51,512 nt of DNA, taken from contig JAZQXA010000110.1 of assembly GCA_045632605.1 (NCBI GenBank), forward strand, positions 1 through 51,512, in the 5' to 3' direction. The stretch comes from Candidatus Flemingiibacterium sp. Its GTDB lineage: Bacteria > Bacillota > Clostridia > Oscillospirales > CAG-272. The notes under the pieces are model-generated. The model was not told the origin of the DNA. It searched no databases and was given only the letters and a program-made list of their open reading frames with translations. Positions 35,451 through 44,017 of the stretch are shown here, piece by piece. Position 1 is the first letter of the stretch. The number at the start of each line of letters is the position of its first letter. The translations under genes and the position numbers were made by a program.

Positions 35451-37280
35451 ATGAAAAAAGAATGGCAAAGGCCTCAAACAACAAGACGTTATGTCCATCC
35501 TCCAAAAGCGGAAAGAATGTTCACTCTCTGGAAAGAAGGCAAGATTATCTTCGGCGAGATAAACGAGCCGATACGTGCAAACTGCTACGAAATTGTATCC
35601 CACGGAGTGTGGTTTACACACGGTGACGGTGAATCGGCAGATTTCCATACCGCAGAAAACAAAATACGCGAGGACGGAATTCCTGTGCACGGACTGAAAA
35701 ACGCTTTCGGCGGACTTTCGGTTGAGCTTGAAACCTTCACAAGCTTTGAGCGCCGCCCCACCTGCTATATTAAGGCGACGGTAAAGAATGTTTCCGAAAA
35801 AGCCCAGAAATTCGGTGCATATATCCGTACTGCCACCGAGGGCGAGCTCGTTCACGGCTTCCCGGACGTATATGAGCCGTATTCCCCCGACATTGAAGTG
35901 TGGAAAGCACTTCCCTCCACATTCAGCTATGACACAAAAGTGCTTCGCGACGGCGAATATTATCTCACAGCACCGGATATGGACTATGATGCCGCACGCG
36001 GACATATCAGCGTAACACTTGCCTCAGGCGAAGAAAAAACGCTTATTTTCTCCTTCGGTAAGGGCGAAGCTGCTGACTTCGATTACACTGATGAAATGGC
36101 AAAAAATGTCGCAGCATGGGAACTCGAGCTTAAAAAGATAACCAAGCTACCCGAGGGTATAAAGGCGAATGACGAATATGTTAAGACTATCAAAAATCTC
36201 ACCGTACAGATGCTCCAGTGCTTCTGCACCTCGGTTGAATCGAATAATCTCTATCCGCGTCAGGGCGGACTTCAGCGTCAGATATGGACGGGTGAAGCAT
36301 GGATGGTCATTGAAGCTCTGACCAGAATCGGTGATTTCCGTGACTACACAGCCCCCGTTCTTGAGCTGTATTACGACACATTCCAGAAAGAGGACGGCGA
36401 AATGGTGCCTTTCGGAATAAGCTGGGCTATGGCAACAGCAACTGTAATTTATACATTTGCAAAATGTGCAATGGGTGCCGGCAAAGCTCTTTGGGATAAG
36501 TATAGCGAGCAGACCTTCAAGTCATTTAAGTGGATAATGCAAAAGCGGGTTCCCGAAGCCTATACCGACGAAAAAGGCAATCCGATACTCGGCGGACTTT
36601 TTCCCCCGCTCCGTTCCTGCGACGACGAGCTGGTATTCCAGGCGTGGTCGGGAACGGATATACATAACCTCATCGGCATAAAAGCATATCTCGATGCGGC
36701 AGAGTATTTCGGAGATGCTCATACAAAAGAAATCCGCGAGGGATATGAAGATTATCTCGAAACACTCCGCGGATACTGGCGCAGTGTTGTCAAATCGGCA
36801 GACAACAGCGAAGATATTGAAGTTCCGATATCGCTTACGATTCCGCCGGAGGTCATGTTCGAAAAATATGAGTTCTGCATCCTCGCCGGACAAATTTTCG
36901 CAACCGGTGTTGCAGGCTGCAAGGAATTTGACCGCGTAATGAAAAATTACGAAAAGCACGGACGCAGACACGGCGGACTTTACTGGCGTATGAAGGACAA
37001 ACGCAGCAACGGCGCGGCAAAATATAATCTCAACGAAGACGGTAAAAGTGTCGTATGGTATGTTTGCAACGACGAATTCTGGTGGTTCAAGCACTTTATG
37101 AATGTAAACGACCGCGAGCGTGCAGAAGAAATCATCCGCGACAACTTTAAATTTGCAATGACTGACGAATATTATATGGTCGAGCGCTACAATCAGTGCG
37201 ACCCATATTTTGGTCCGTGGATGCCGAACGCCTCGGCAAACGGCAGAACGGTCAATATGCTGCTCGATTTTTACGGATAA
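35451..37280 (+). CDS. Uncharacterised 609-aa cytoplasmic protein, paralog B (possibly six-hairpin glycosidase-like)
   Basis: AAGGAG RBS and ATG at 35451. It is homologous to 33459..35297, with near-identical N- and C-termini. Confidence 0.75.
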   Translation: MKKEWQRPQTTRRYVHPPKAERMFTLWKEGKIIFGEINEPIRANCYEIVSHGVWFTHGDGESADFHTAENKIREDGIPVHGLKNAFGGLSVELETFTSFERRPTCYIKATVKNVSEKAQKFGAYIRTATEGELVHGFPDVYEPYSPDIEVWKALPSTFSYDTKVLRDGEYYLTAPDMDYDAARGHISVTLASGEEKTLIFSFGKGEAADFDYTDEMAKNVAAWELELKKITKLPEGIKANDEYVKTIKNLTVQMLQCFCTSVESNNLYPRQGGLQRQIWTGEAWMVIEALTRIGDFRDYTAPVLELYYDTFQKEDGEMVPFGISWAMATATVIYTFAKCAMGAGKALWDKYSEQTFKSFKWIMQKRVPEAYTDEKGNPILGGLFPPLRSCDDELVFQAWSGTDIHNLIGIKAYLDAAEYFGDAHTKEIREGYEDYLETLRGYWRSVVKSADNSEDIEVPISLTIPPEVMFEKYEFCILAGQIFATGVAGCKEFDRVMKNYEKHGRRHGGLYWRMKDKRSNGAAKYNLNEDGKSVVWYVCNDEFWWFKHFMNVNDRERAEEIIRDNFKFAMTDEYYMVERYNQCDPYFGPWMPNASANGRTVNMLLDFYG

Positions 37281-37290
37281 TAATAGTAAA

Positions 37291-37322
37291 TCGCCCTGCA
37301 AAATGCAGGGCGACCTGTTTTA
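37291..37322 (+). terminator. Rho-independent terminator after paralog B
   Basis: Stem TCGCCCTGCA/TGCAGGGCGA with loop AAA, then a T-rich tail. Confidence 0.8.
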
Positions 37323-37329
37323 TGTACAA

Positions 37330-37361
37330 AAGCAAAAAGCACGTCATACGACGTGCTTTTT
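37330..37361 (-). terminator. Terminator after the minus-strand tRNA pair (bidirectional shape)
   Basis: Stem AGCACGTC/GACGTGCT, flanked by A-runs on one side and T-runs on the other. Confidence 0.7.
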
Positions 37362-37437
<76 letters not shown>

Positions 37438-37441
37438 GTGA

Positions 37442-37518
37442 TGGCGACCGAGATGGGGTTCGAACCCACGACCTCTAGCGTGACAGGCTAGCGTTCTAAC
37501 CAGCTGAACTACCCGGCC
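37442..37518 (-). tRNA. tRNA-Asp (anticodon GUC)
   Basis: The reverse complement is GGCCGGGTAGTTCAGCTGGTTAGAACGCTAGCCTGTCACGCTAGAGGTCGTGGGTTCGAACCCCATCTCGGTCGCCA. Anticodon loop CTGTCAC. Encoded CCA. Confidence 0.88.
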
Positions 37519-37576
37519 ATGTCATCATCACGACCAATATTATATCATAACAAGACACGTTTGTCAATAGCTTTTT

Positions 37577-37639
37577 TCAAAAAAACAAAAAAATTTAATT
37601 CCCGAAATAATTTCCTTTTCGGAAGCTGTTTCGGGAATT
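37577..37639 (-). terminator. Rho-independent terminator after the GH3 gene
   Basis: Arms AATTCCCGAAA (37597..37607) / TTTCGGGAATT (37629..37639). On the minus strand a long T-run follows. Confidence 0.75.
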
Positions 37640-37660
37640 AAATCAGTTTATTAAATCATG

Positions 37661-39763
37661 TCAGCAAAGCTCAACGGTTACCTTATTATCTGTATATGAG
37701 TCGTGTCCGATGAATATTTCAAATTCGCCTTTTTCAACGACATACTCACCACCGGGTGTGAAATATCCGAGGTCTTTTTCAGTGAGAGTAAACTCAATCT
37801 TTTCAGATTCTGCGGCTTCAATGTAAAGCTTTTCAAAGCCTTTAAGCTCCTTAAGCGGTCTTGTGTATGAAGAATATACATCTCTGATATAAAGCTGTAC
37901 AACTTCCTTTGCGCCGCGTTTTCCGACATTCGAAACGGTAACAGAGAATTTTACGCCGGCTTTAAGCTCATCAAGCGTAAATTTTGTCTTTTCTGCGTTA
38001 ACTTCGGAATATTTAAATTCAGTGTAGGACAGTCCGTATCCGAACGGATAAAGAGGAGTCGAGAGAACATCCTCATAGTTGGGGTATCTTATATCGTCGC
38101 TGTAATAGCCGTTTACAAGACGTCCGGACGGAGGGCAGTTGTAGTAAATCGGAATCTGTCCGGTCGCACGGGCAAATGTCATCGGAACTCTGCCGCTCGG
38201 ACAAACGTCGCCAAAGAGGACATCAGCCGTTGCAAGTCCGGTTTGTGTACCGCCGTGCCATACATAGAGAATTGCATCAACCTCATCTTCAATTTCGCCA
38301 AGTGCAAGCGGTCTGCCGGCACTGATAACGGCAACAACCTTTTTGCCAAGACGCTTCAGAGTATGTATCATTTCTGCCTGCGCCTTGTCGAGAGAGATAT
38401 CCGCAACAGAATGTGCCTCGCCGGTAAGACTGTAATTCTCACCAATCACAGCAACAACTGTATCGCAGTTTCTGCTATCCGTGTATCTTAAGGAATCAAG
38501 CTCAACTGCATTCGGAGCAGCCGCCTTTATTGCATCTGCGATGGTTGTAACATAGTCAAGGTTAAAGTCGAGTGTCCAGCTTCCGAGCATATTTCGCTTA
38601 TCGTTAAGGAACGGGCCGGTAATGCCGATTTTTTCATCCTTATTAAGCGGCAGAATATTGTCCTTATTCTTTAAAAGGATGCAGCACTCACCGGAAAGCT
38701 TTCTTGCTGTTTCAAGATGCTTATTTACATCAAAGGAATGATATTTGCTGTACGGCTCCTCAAACAGACCGAGCTTTAATTTTACTTCGAGTATGCGAAG
38801 CACTGCAGTATCAATTGTTTCCATCGAAACCTCGCCATCGTTTACAAGCTCCTCAAGATGGTCAAAGCAAAGCTTGTTCATCTCCATGTCAAGTCCGGCG
38901 TTAACTGCGAGCTTTGCCGCTTCTTTGTAGTCCTTTGCAACACACTGATGTGTAAGCTGATGCACACATCCGGCATCACTTACGACAAATCCTCCAAATC
39001 CAAGTTCGCCGCGCAAAATATCGGTGAGATAATATCTGCTTGAGGTTGTCGGCTGACCGTTTATTTCGTTGAAGGAGTTCATAACAGTCAGAACATTCGC
39101 ATCCGCAGCTCCCTTGAACGCTTTGGTATAGAAATTGCGCAGAGAATAATCGCTGATTTCAGTTCTGTGATAATCTCTGCCTCCCTCGGATGCACCGTAA
39201 CCGAGATAATGCTTAGCGCACGCCGCCATTTTATACGGGATTTCTGTTCCCTGGATACCCTCGACAGCCGCCTTTGCAGCCATAGCACCGACATACGGGT
39301 CTTCGCCGGGACCTTCAATAATACGTCCCCATCTCGGGTCACGGGAAAGGTCAAGCATCGGTGAGAACGTCCAGTTTATACCGTCACAAAGAGCCTCATC
39401 GGCAGTTTCGGAATATGCTTGTTTTATTAGCTCAAAATTAAATGATGCGCTCATCGCCAAAGCAATCGGATATACAATCTGATGTCCGTGAATGACATCT
39501 CTGCCTATCATAAGCGGAATTTTTGAATGGCTTTCTTCAACTGCGGTTTTCTGGAGCTCATCTATAGTTTCCTTGAAAAAAGTATTATCGCTGTCACAGG
39601 GAATTATAGAACCTGCCATGATAACAGAACCCACCTGTCCGGCACGTATAAGCTCTTTAATCTCATCAACTTCCGGCTGTATACATACCATATTAAGCTG
39701 TCCGAGCTTTTCCTGCAATGTCAGCGTATCAAGTATTGATTTTGCTCTTTCCTTGATATTCAT
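37661..39763 (-). CDS. Glycoside hydrolase family 3 beta-glucosidase (BglX-like), cytoplasmic
   Basis: 700 aa. N-terminal LTLQEKLGQLNM, the GRDVIHG and KHYLGYG motifs, and the nucleophile region GFVVSDAG. There is a C-terminal FnIII-like domain and no signal peptide. Confidence 0.92.
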   Translation of the reverse strand: MNIKERAKSILDTLTLQEKLGQLNMVCIQPEVDEIKELIRAGQVGSVIMAGSIIPCDSDNTFFKETIDELQKTAVEESHSKIPLMIGRDVIHGHQIVYPIALAMSASFNFELIKQAYSETADEALCDGINWTFSPMLDLSRDPRWGRIIEGPGEDPYVGAMAAKAAVEGIQGTEIPYKMAACAKHYLGYGASEGGRDYHRTEISDYSLRNFYTKAFKGAADANVLTVMNSFNEINGQPTTSSRYYLTDILRGELGFGGFVVSDAGCVHQLTHQCVAKDYKEAAKLAVNAGLDMEMNKLCFDHLEELVNDGEVSMETIDTAVLRILEVKLKLGLFEEPYSKYHSFDVNKHLETARKLSGECCILLKNKDNILPLNKDEKIGITGPFLNDKRNMLGSWTLDFNLDYVTTIADAIKAAAPNAVELDSLRYTDSRNCDTVVAVIGENYSLTGEAHSVADISLDKAQAEMIHTLKRLGKKVVAVISAGRPLALGEIEDEVDAILYVWHGGTQTGLATADVLFGDVCPSGRVPMTFARATGQIPIYYNCPPSGRLVNGYYSDDIRYPNYEDVLSTPLYPFGYGLSYTEFKYSEVNAEKTKFTLDELKAGVKFSVTVSNVGKRGAKEVVQLYIRDVYSSYTRPLKELKGFEKLYIEAAESEKIEFTLTEKDLGYFTPGGEYVVEKGEFEIFIGHDSYTDNKVTVELC

Positions 39764-39885
39764 GATAATGCTTTCTCCTTATCAAAAAAATATGTTCTCT
39801 GTATTTTAACACATATATTATGTTATGTCAATGCCAAAATAATATTTTTACCATTATCCGTCTTTTATCATTGTAATACGGTATA

Positions 39886-39914
39886 TTGACATTTGTGTAT
39901 TTGCGGTGTATAAT
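39886..39914 (+). promoter_or_regulatory. Putative sigma-A promoter of tcdA
   Basis: TTGACA (39886..39891), 17-nt spacer, TATAAT (39909..39914). Confidence 0.65.
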
Positions 39915-39947
39915 TTATATAAGTAAAAAAATCATGGGGGCAAACAC

Positions 39948-40667
39948 ATGACACAGGATTGGCTGCACCGCGAACGTATGTTAATCGGCAACGAAGCGGT
40001 CCGGAAAATAAAAGAAAAAACAGTGCTTTTGTTTGGCGTCGGCGGAGTCGGAAGCTTCGCTCTCGAAGCCATAGTACGTGCCGGAATAGGCGGTGTTGTG
40101 CTTGTTGACAACGACACTGTATCACTAACAAACATCAACCGTCAGCTTATCGCTGACACCACAACAGTCGGCAAGCTCAAAACCGAGGTCGCCGCCGAGC
40201 GCGCAAGAGCGATAAATCCCGATATAAAGGTAACACGTTACGATATATTCGCAGACGTCGGTAATATTCCGTCAATCATTGACCAAACTCACCCCGACTA
40301 TATAATTGATGCAATTGACACAGTAACCTCAAAGCTTGCGATAATATCTGCGGCAAACGAACGCGGTATCCCCGTAATATCGTCAATGGGTACCGGCTCA
40401 AAGCTCGACCCGACACGCTTCCGTATTGTCGATATTACAAAAACGCACACCTGTCCGCTTGCTAAAGTTATGCGCCTGAAGCTGCGCGAGATGGGAATTA
40501 CACACTGCGATGTATTATTTTCGGATGAACTTCCGATAAAGACATCATCGGCAAGCGAGCTTGAAGGACAGACAACACGCCATATCCCCGGTTCGGTTTC
40601 GTTTGTGCCGTCAGCGGCAGGACTTATAATCGGCGGTTATGTGATAAGGAAGATTGCAGAAATATAA
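39948..40667 (+). CDS. tcdA: tRNA threonylcarbamoyladenosine dehydratase (ThiF/E1-like, TcdA/CsdL family)
   Basis: ERMLIGNEAVRKIKEKTVLLFGVGGVGSFALEAIVRAGIGGVVLVDNDTVSLTNINRQ. 239 aa, with the size and motifs of TcdA. Confidence 0.85.
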   Translation: MTQDWLHRERMLIGNEAVRKIKEKTVLLFGVGGVGSFALEAIVRAGIGGVVLVDNDTVSLTNINRQLIADTTTVGKLKTEVAAERARAINPDIKVTRYDIFADVGNIPSIIDQTHPDYIIDAIDTVTSKLAIISAANERGIPVISSMGTGSKLDPTRFRIVDITKTHTCPLAKVMRLKLREMGITHCDVLFSDELPIKTSSASELEGQTTRHIPGSVSFVPSAAGLIIGGYVIRKIAEI

Positions 40668-40676
40668 AGCGCAAAA

Positions 40677-40720
40677 AAGAACTTCACGGCTGTCACTCAT
40701 TCAGTCATGAAGTTCTTTTT
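40677..40720 (+). terminator. Rho-independent terminator after tcdA
   Basis: Arms AAGAACTTCA/TGAAGTTCTT followed by TTT. Confidence 0.7.
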
Positions 40721-40794
40721 ATGCCGAGCGGTAATATTTTTTCTCTGCGGTAAATATAATGTAACAACTGAAAATAAATCGGAGGAATTAAACT

Positions 40795-41289
40795 ATGTTC
40801 GTATATTCGCTCAGAGGAAGCACACTTAAATTTTTCGGAGTTACCGTACTTGCATTAGCGGCACTTGTAACACTTTTAGTTTTCATTCCCACTGCCGAAC
40901 CGGCAATGTCGGGTGGTGTACTCGAAACCGTTGAAAAAGTAAAATTCGACAAAATTAAAAGCGCAGATGACCGCATAGAATTTCTGCGTCAGTTCGGCTG
41001 GGAGGTTGAAGCGGCTCCCGTTGAGGAGGTTGAAGTCACAATACCTGCTGAATTTGACAAGGTATATCAGAACTATAATGAGCTTCAGAAAAAGCAGGGC
41101 TTTGACCTTACGAAATACTTAAGGAAAGATGTTATGCGTTATACATACCGCGTGACAAATTATCCCGGATATGACGGCGAAGTATATGTAAATTTCCTCG
41201 TTCACAAGAATAAAGTCATCGGCGGCGATGTATGCTCTGCGGATGCAAACGGCTTCATTCACGGACTCGACCGCAATATCGAATATTAA
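40795..41289 (+). CDS. DUF4830-family protein with N-terminal TM anchor
   Basis: DRIEFLRQFGWEVEAAPVEEVEVTIPAEFDKVYQNYNELQKKQGFDL...VIGGDVCS matches my memory of the DUF4830 pattern. Confidence 0.7.
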   Translation: MFVYSLRGSTLKFFGVTVLALAALVTLLVFIPTAEPAMSGGVLETVEKVKFDKIKSADDRIEFLRQFGWEVEAAPVEEVEVTIPAEFDKVYQNYNELQKKQGFDLTKYLRKDVMRYTYRVTNYPGYDGEVYVNFLVHKNKVIGGDVCSADANGFIHGLDRNIEY

Positions 41290-41296
41290 TTTTCTG

Positions 41297-41328
41297 AAAT
41301 TCCCTCGTTACATATGAGGGAATTTTTA
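41297..41328 (+). terminator. Rho-independent terminator
   Basis: AAATTCCCTC-loop-GAGGGAATTT followed by TT. Confidence 0.8.
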
Positions 41329-41407
41329 CTTTCGGAACAAATAAAGGCGCAAATATGTTCTTTCATCAGCAAACACTGACAAAATTTTAACTTTTTTCAA
41401 AATCCTA

Positions 41408-41436
41408 TTGAAATTCAGAATTCAATATAGTATAAT
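41408..41436 (+). promoter_or_regulatory. Putative sigma-A promoter of nnr
   Basis: TTGAAA (41408..41413), 17-nt spacer, TATAAT (41431..41436). Confidence 0.6.
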
Positions 41437-41478
41437 GGATACATAGTAGTATGTACTTTGGCACATAGGAGAAGAAAC

Positions 41479-42972
41479 ATGATAAAAGTAGTATCAATTG
41501 ACAATATCCGAAAAAGTGACGCTTACACAGCAGAAAAATTTACAACCATGCGCGGTCTTATGGAGCGTGCCGGAAAAGCTGTTTTTGAAACAGTTGAGTG
41601 GCGTCCGCCCGTTGCCGTCGTATGCGGTATCGGAAACAATGCCGGCGACGGGTTCATCGTTGCCGAGCTTCTTCACAAAGCAAATATCCCCTCTGAAATA
41701 TTCATGCTGTCAGACAGATTTACTCCCGACGGACAGTATTTCTATGAGCAGTGTGAAAAGCTCGGCATCACAATTCACCGCGGACTCGGAGAGTTTAACC
41801 TCGACGGCTTCAACACCGTCCTCGACTGTATCTTCGGCACCGGCTTCAAGGGTGAGGTTGAAGACCCGTTCCTTACAGCTATTGAGCGCATAAATCAGAG
41901 CGGCGCATATATCGTTTCAACCGACATAAATTCCGGGCTCGGCGGCGACAGCGGCCTCGGAAAGAACTGCGTCCACTCCGACCTCACGGTTTCGCTCGGC
42001 TATTTCAAAAGCGGACATTTTCTCAACTCCGCGAAGGATTTTATAAAAGATAAAGTCAACTGCGATATTGGAGTACAGCTCGTTGATGAGCCGTCGTATC
42101 TCATCGAAAAATCGGACATCCGCCGTCTTTTTGAACACCGTCCGAACAATTCCAACAAGGGCGACTACGGCTCTGTGGCATTAATCGGCGGTTCGGTTCA
42201 GTACAGCGGCGCGGCAAAGCTTGCAAATATCGCTCTCGCCGCACTCCGTTCGGGTGCCGGAATCGCAAAATTAGCTGTTCCCGAAAGTATCGTTGACGCA
42301 GTGCTCCCCTATGTACTTGAGTCCACACTCTTCCCTCTTGATGAAGTGGACGGCAAATACTCGTTCTCCTACAGCACAGCGGATAATCTCATGCACCGCG
42401 TTTCCGCCGCCGCAATCGGAATGGGTATGGGACGCTCAAGCGAGATTAAACGTCTGCTTGAATATTTGCTTTGCGAATACAGCGGTAATCTTGTTGTTGA
42501 TGCAGACGGACTTAATGTCCTTTCGAAAATCGACAAAAACCGCTTTAAGAATTCCCCCTGCAAGCTTATCCTAACACCTCATCCGAAGGAATTTGAACGT
42601 CTTTGCGGCGAAAAATTTGAAGATTTCAAGGGCGACCTTATCGCTTCGGCGAAAAAATATGCCGCAAGCACCGGTTCAATTCTGCTTCTCAAGGGTGCAA
42701 CCTCAATCATCACCGACGGAAATACGGTATACCTCGTTGACCGCGGATGTGCCGGAATGGCAACAGCCGGAAGCGGAGATGTCCTGAGCGGTATCCTCGC
42801 CGGAATCTGCGGCTGGGTGGACGACGATGACCTCTTGCTCGGCGTTGCGGCAGGTGCATATATTGCCGGTCTCGCCGGTGAGATAGCGGCAAAAGAAATT
42901 CCCCAGGTTTCAATGATTGCAAGCGATACTGTAAATGCAATTCCGAAGGCTGTTGCTGAGGTTCTTGCTTAA
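41479..42972 (+). CDS. nnr: Bifunctional NAD(P)H-hydrate repair enzyme (epimerase + ADP-dependent dehydratase)
   Basis: YjeF_N domain (VCGIGNNAGDG) fused to a carbohydrate-kinase-like domain (KGDYG..., ATAGSGDVLSG). The start is set at the ATG at 41479 after an AGGAG RBS. Confidence 0.9.
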   Translation: MIKVVSIDNIRKSDAYTAEKFTTMRGLMERAGKAVFETVEWRPPVAVVCGIGNNAGDGFIVAELLHKANIPSEIFMLSDRFTPDGQYFYEQCEKLGITIHRGLGEFNLDGFNTVLDCIFGTGFKGEVEDPFLTAIERINQSGAYIVSTDINSGLGGDSGLGKNCVHSDLTVSLGYFKSGHFLNSAKDFIKDKVNCDIGVQLVDEPSYLIEKSDIRRLFEHRPNNSNKGDYGSVALIGGSVQYSGAAKLANIALAALRSGAGIAKLAVPESIVDAVLPYVLESTLFPLDEVDGKYSFSYSTADNLMHRVSAAAIGMGMGRSSEIKRLLEYLLCEYSGNLVVDADGLNVLSKIDKNRFKNSPCKLILTPHPKEFERLCGEKFEDFKGDLIASAKKYAASTGSILLLKGATSIITDGNTVYLVDRGCAGMATAGSGDVLSGILAGICGWVDDDDLLLGVAAGAYIAGLAGEIAAKEIPQVSMIASDTVNAIPKAVAEVLA

Positions 42973-42984
42973 CATAATATAATT

Positions 42985-43021
42985 AATGAGAGAGATGAAA
43001 AATACATCTCTCTCATTTTTA
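42985..43021 (+). terminator. Rho-independent terminator after nnr
   Basis: 13-bp stem AATGAGAGAGATG/CATCTCTCTCATT followed by a T-run. Confidence 0.85.
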
Positions 43022-43026
43022 TTAAA

Positions 43027-43845
43027 TTACTGCATCCCCACTCCAAGACGAAGCTTGTCTGAAATCATCGCGATAAATTCGGAGTTGGTGGGCTTCCCAC
43101 GCTGACGGCTTATCGTATAACCGAAGTAACGGTTAAGCGTTTCGAGGTCGCCTCTGTCCCATGCAACCTCAATTGCGTGACGGATAGCACGCTCCACACG
43201 TGAGGTCGTTGTAGCATATGCTTTAGCAACGCTCGGATAAAGAGATTTTGTTACATAATTTATCATATCCGGGTCATTCACCGTCATTCCGATTGCACAG
43301 CGAAGATAAGTAAATCCTTTAATATGAGCCGGTATACCGAGATTATGAAGTATTTCGGTAATCTGCGTTTCAAGCGAATCATCTGTGCATCCCGAAGAAA
43401 ATGCCGCCGGTTCCATGGCAACTCTCGAAGATATATTTTCATTAACCATACGTCTGCCGGAAAGTGCTCCAAACACTGCATCACAAAATTCGGGAATCGA
43501 AAACGGTCTGATAAGATAGGTCGTTTCCGTCATACGACAGACCTCTCGAAGCACATCCTCGTAACTGCGCTCACCGACAAAAAGCATCACCGTACCGCGG
43601 TATCCCAGCTCCGAAGCTCTGCGGTTCTCATTGTAAGCAAGCTGCATCGACTCCACACTTCCGATTGACGTTTCGCAAATTACAAGCGAATAAGTGCGGT
43701 CACTCATGAGCCGTTCAGCCTCTCTTGCATCTCTTGCCTCGTCAACAACCGCAAATCCGATTCGCTCAAGCAAATTTGTCATTTCACGGCGTCTGTCGTT
43801 TTCTGCACTGCACACCAGAAGTCTGCTCTGTTTTTCTGTAATCAT
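43027..43845 (-). CDS. spo0A: Spo0A-family regulator with canonical Spo0A C-terminal DNA-binding domain and a degenerate (pseudo-)receiver domain
   Basis: The C-terminal half has [32 protein letters not shown] and [17 protein letters not shown]. The N-terminal half has a receiver fold pattern but lacks the conserved Asp/Thr/Lys set. The start is set at the ATG at 43845 (AAGGAG 6 nt upstream). Confidence 0.85.
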   Translation of the reverse strand: MITEKQSRLLVCSAENDRRREMTNLLERIGFAVVDEARDAREAERLMSDRTYSLVICETSIGSVESMQLAYNENRRASELGYRGTVMLFVGERSYEDVLREVCRMTETTYLIRPFSIPEFCDAVFGALSGRRMVNENISSRVAMEPAAFSSGCTDDSLETQITEILHNLGIPAHIKGFTYLRCAIGMTVNDPDMINYVTKSLYPSVAKAYATTTSRVERAIRHAIEVAWDRGDLETLNRYFGYTISRQRGKPTNSEFIAMISDKLRLGVGMQ

Positions 43846-43906
43846 GATATACTCCTTAAAGTTTGATTTTTCCGCCATCTTCGGCGGCATTTGTCATTAC
43901 TTCCAT

Positions 43907-43935
43907 ATTATACCATATTTTTCCAGAAATTGCAA
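43907..43935 (-). promoter_or_regulatory. Putative sigma-A promoter of the spo0A-like gene
   Basis: On the minus strand: TTGCAA (43935..43930), 17-nt spacer ending in TGG, TATAAT (43912..43907). Confidence 0.6.
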
Positions 43936-43939
43936 TATA

Positions 43940-43980
43940 TAAAAAGAAACTTTTCTGCCAAATTTTGGAAGAAAAGTTTA
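43940..43980 (-). terminator. Rho-independent terminator after the stand-alone Spo0A_C gene
   Basis: 10-bp arms AAACTTTTCT (43947..43956) / AGAAAAGTTT (43970..43979), with inner CCAA/TTGG pairing. On the minus strand CTTTTT follows. Confidence 0.7.
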
Positions 43981-44017
43981 GTAATTATTTACAGCTGTAT
44001 GTCGAATAAGGTCGAAA

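Noticed and set aside
35418-37301. Long minus-strand ORFs (195 aa at 35418..36005 and 259 aa at 36522..37301) inside the paralog B region
   Set aside because: They are antisense shadows of the plus-strand gene, with composition and codon-bias artefacts. They have no start context, and the plus-strand frames have paralog support.
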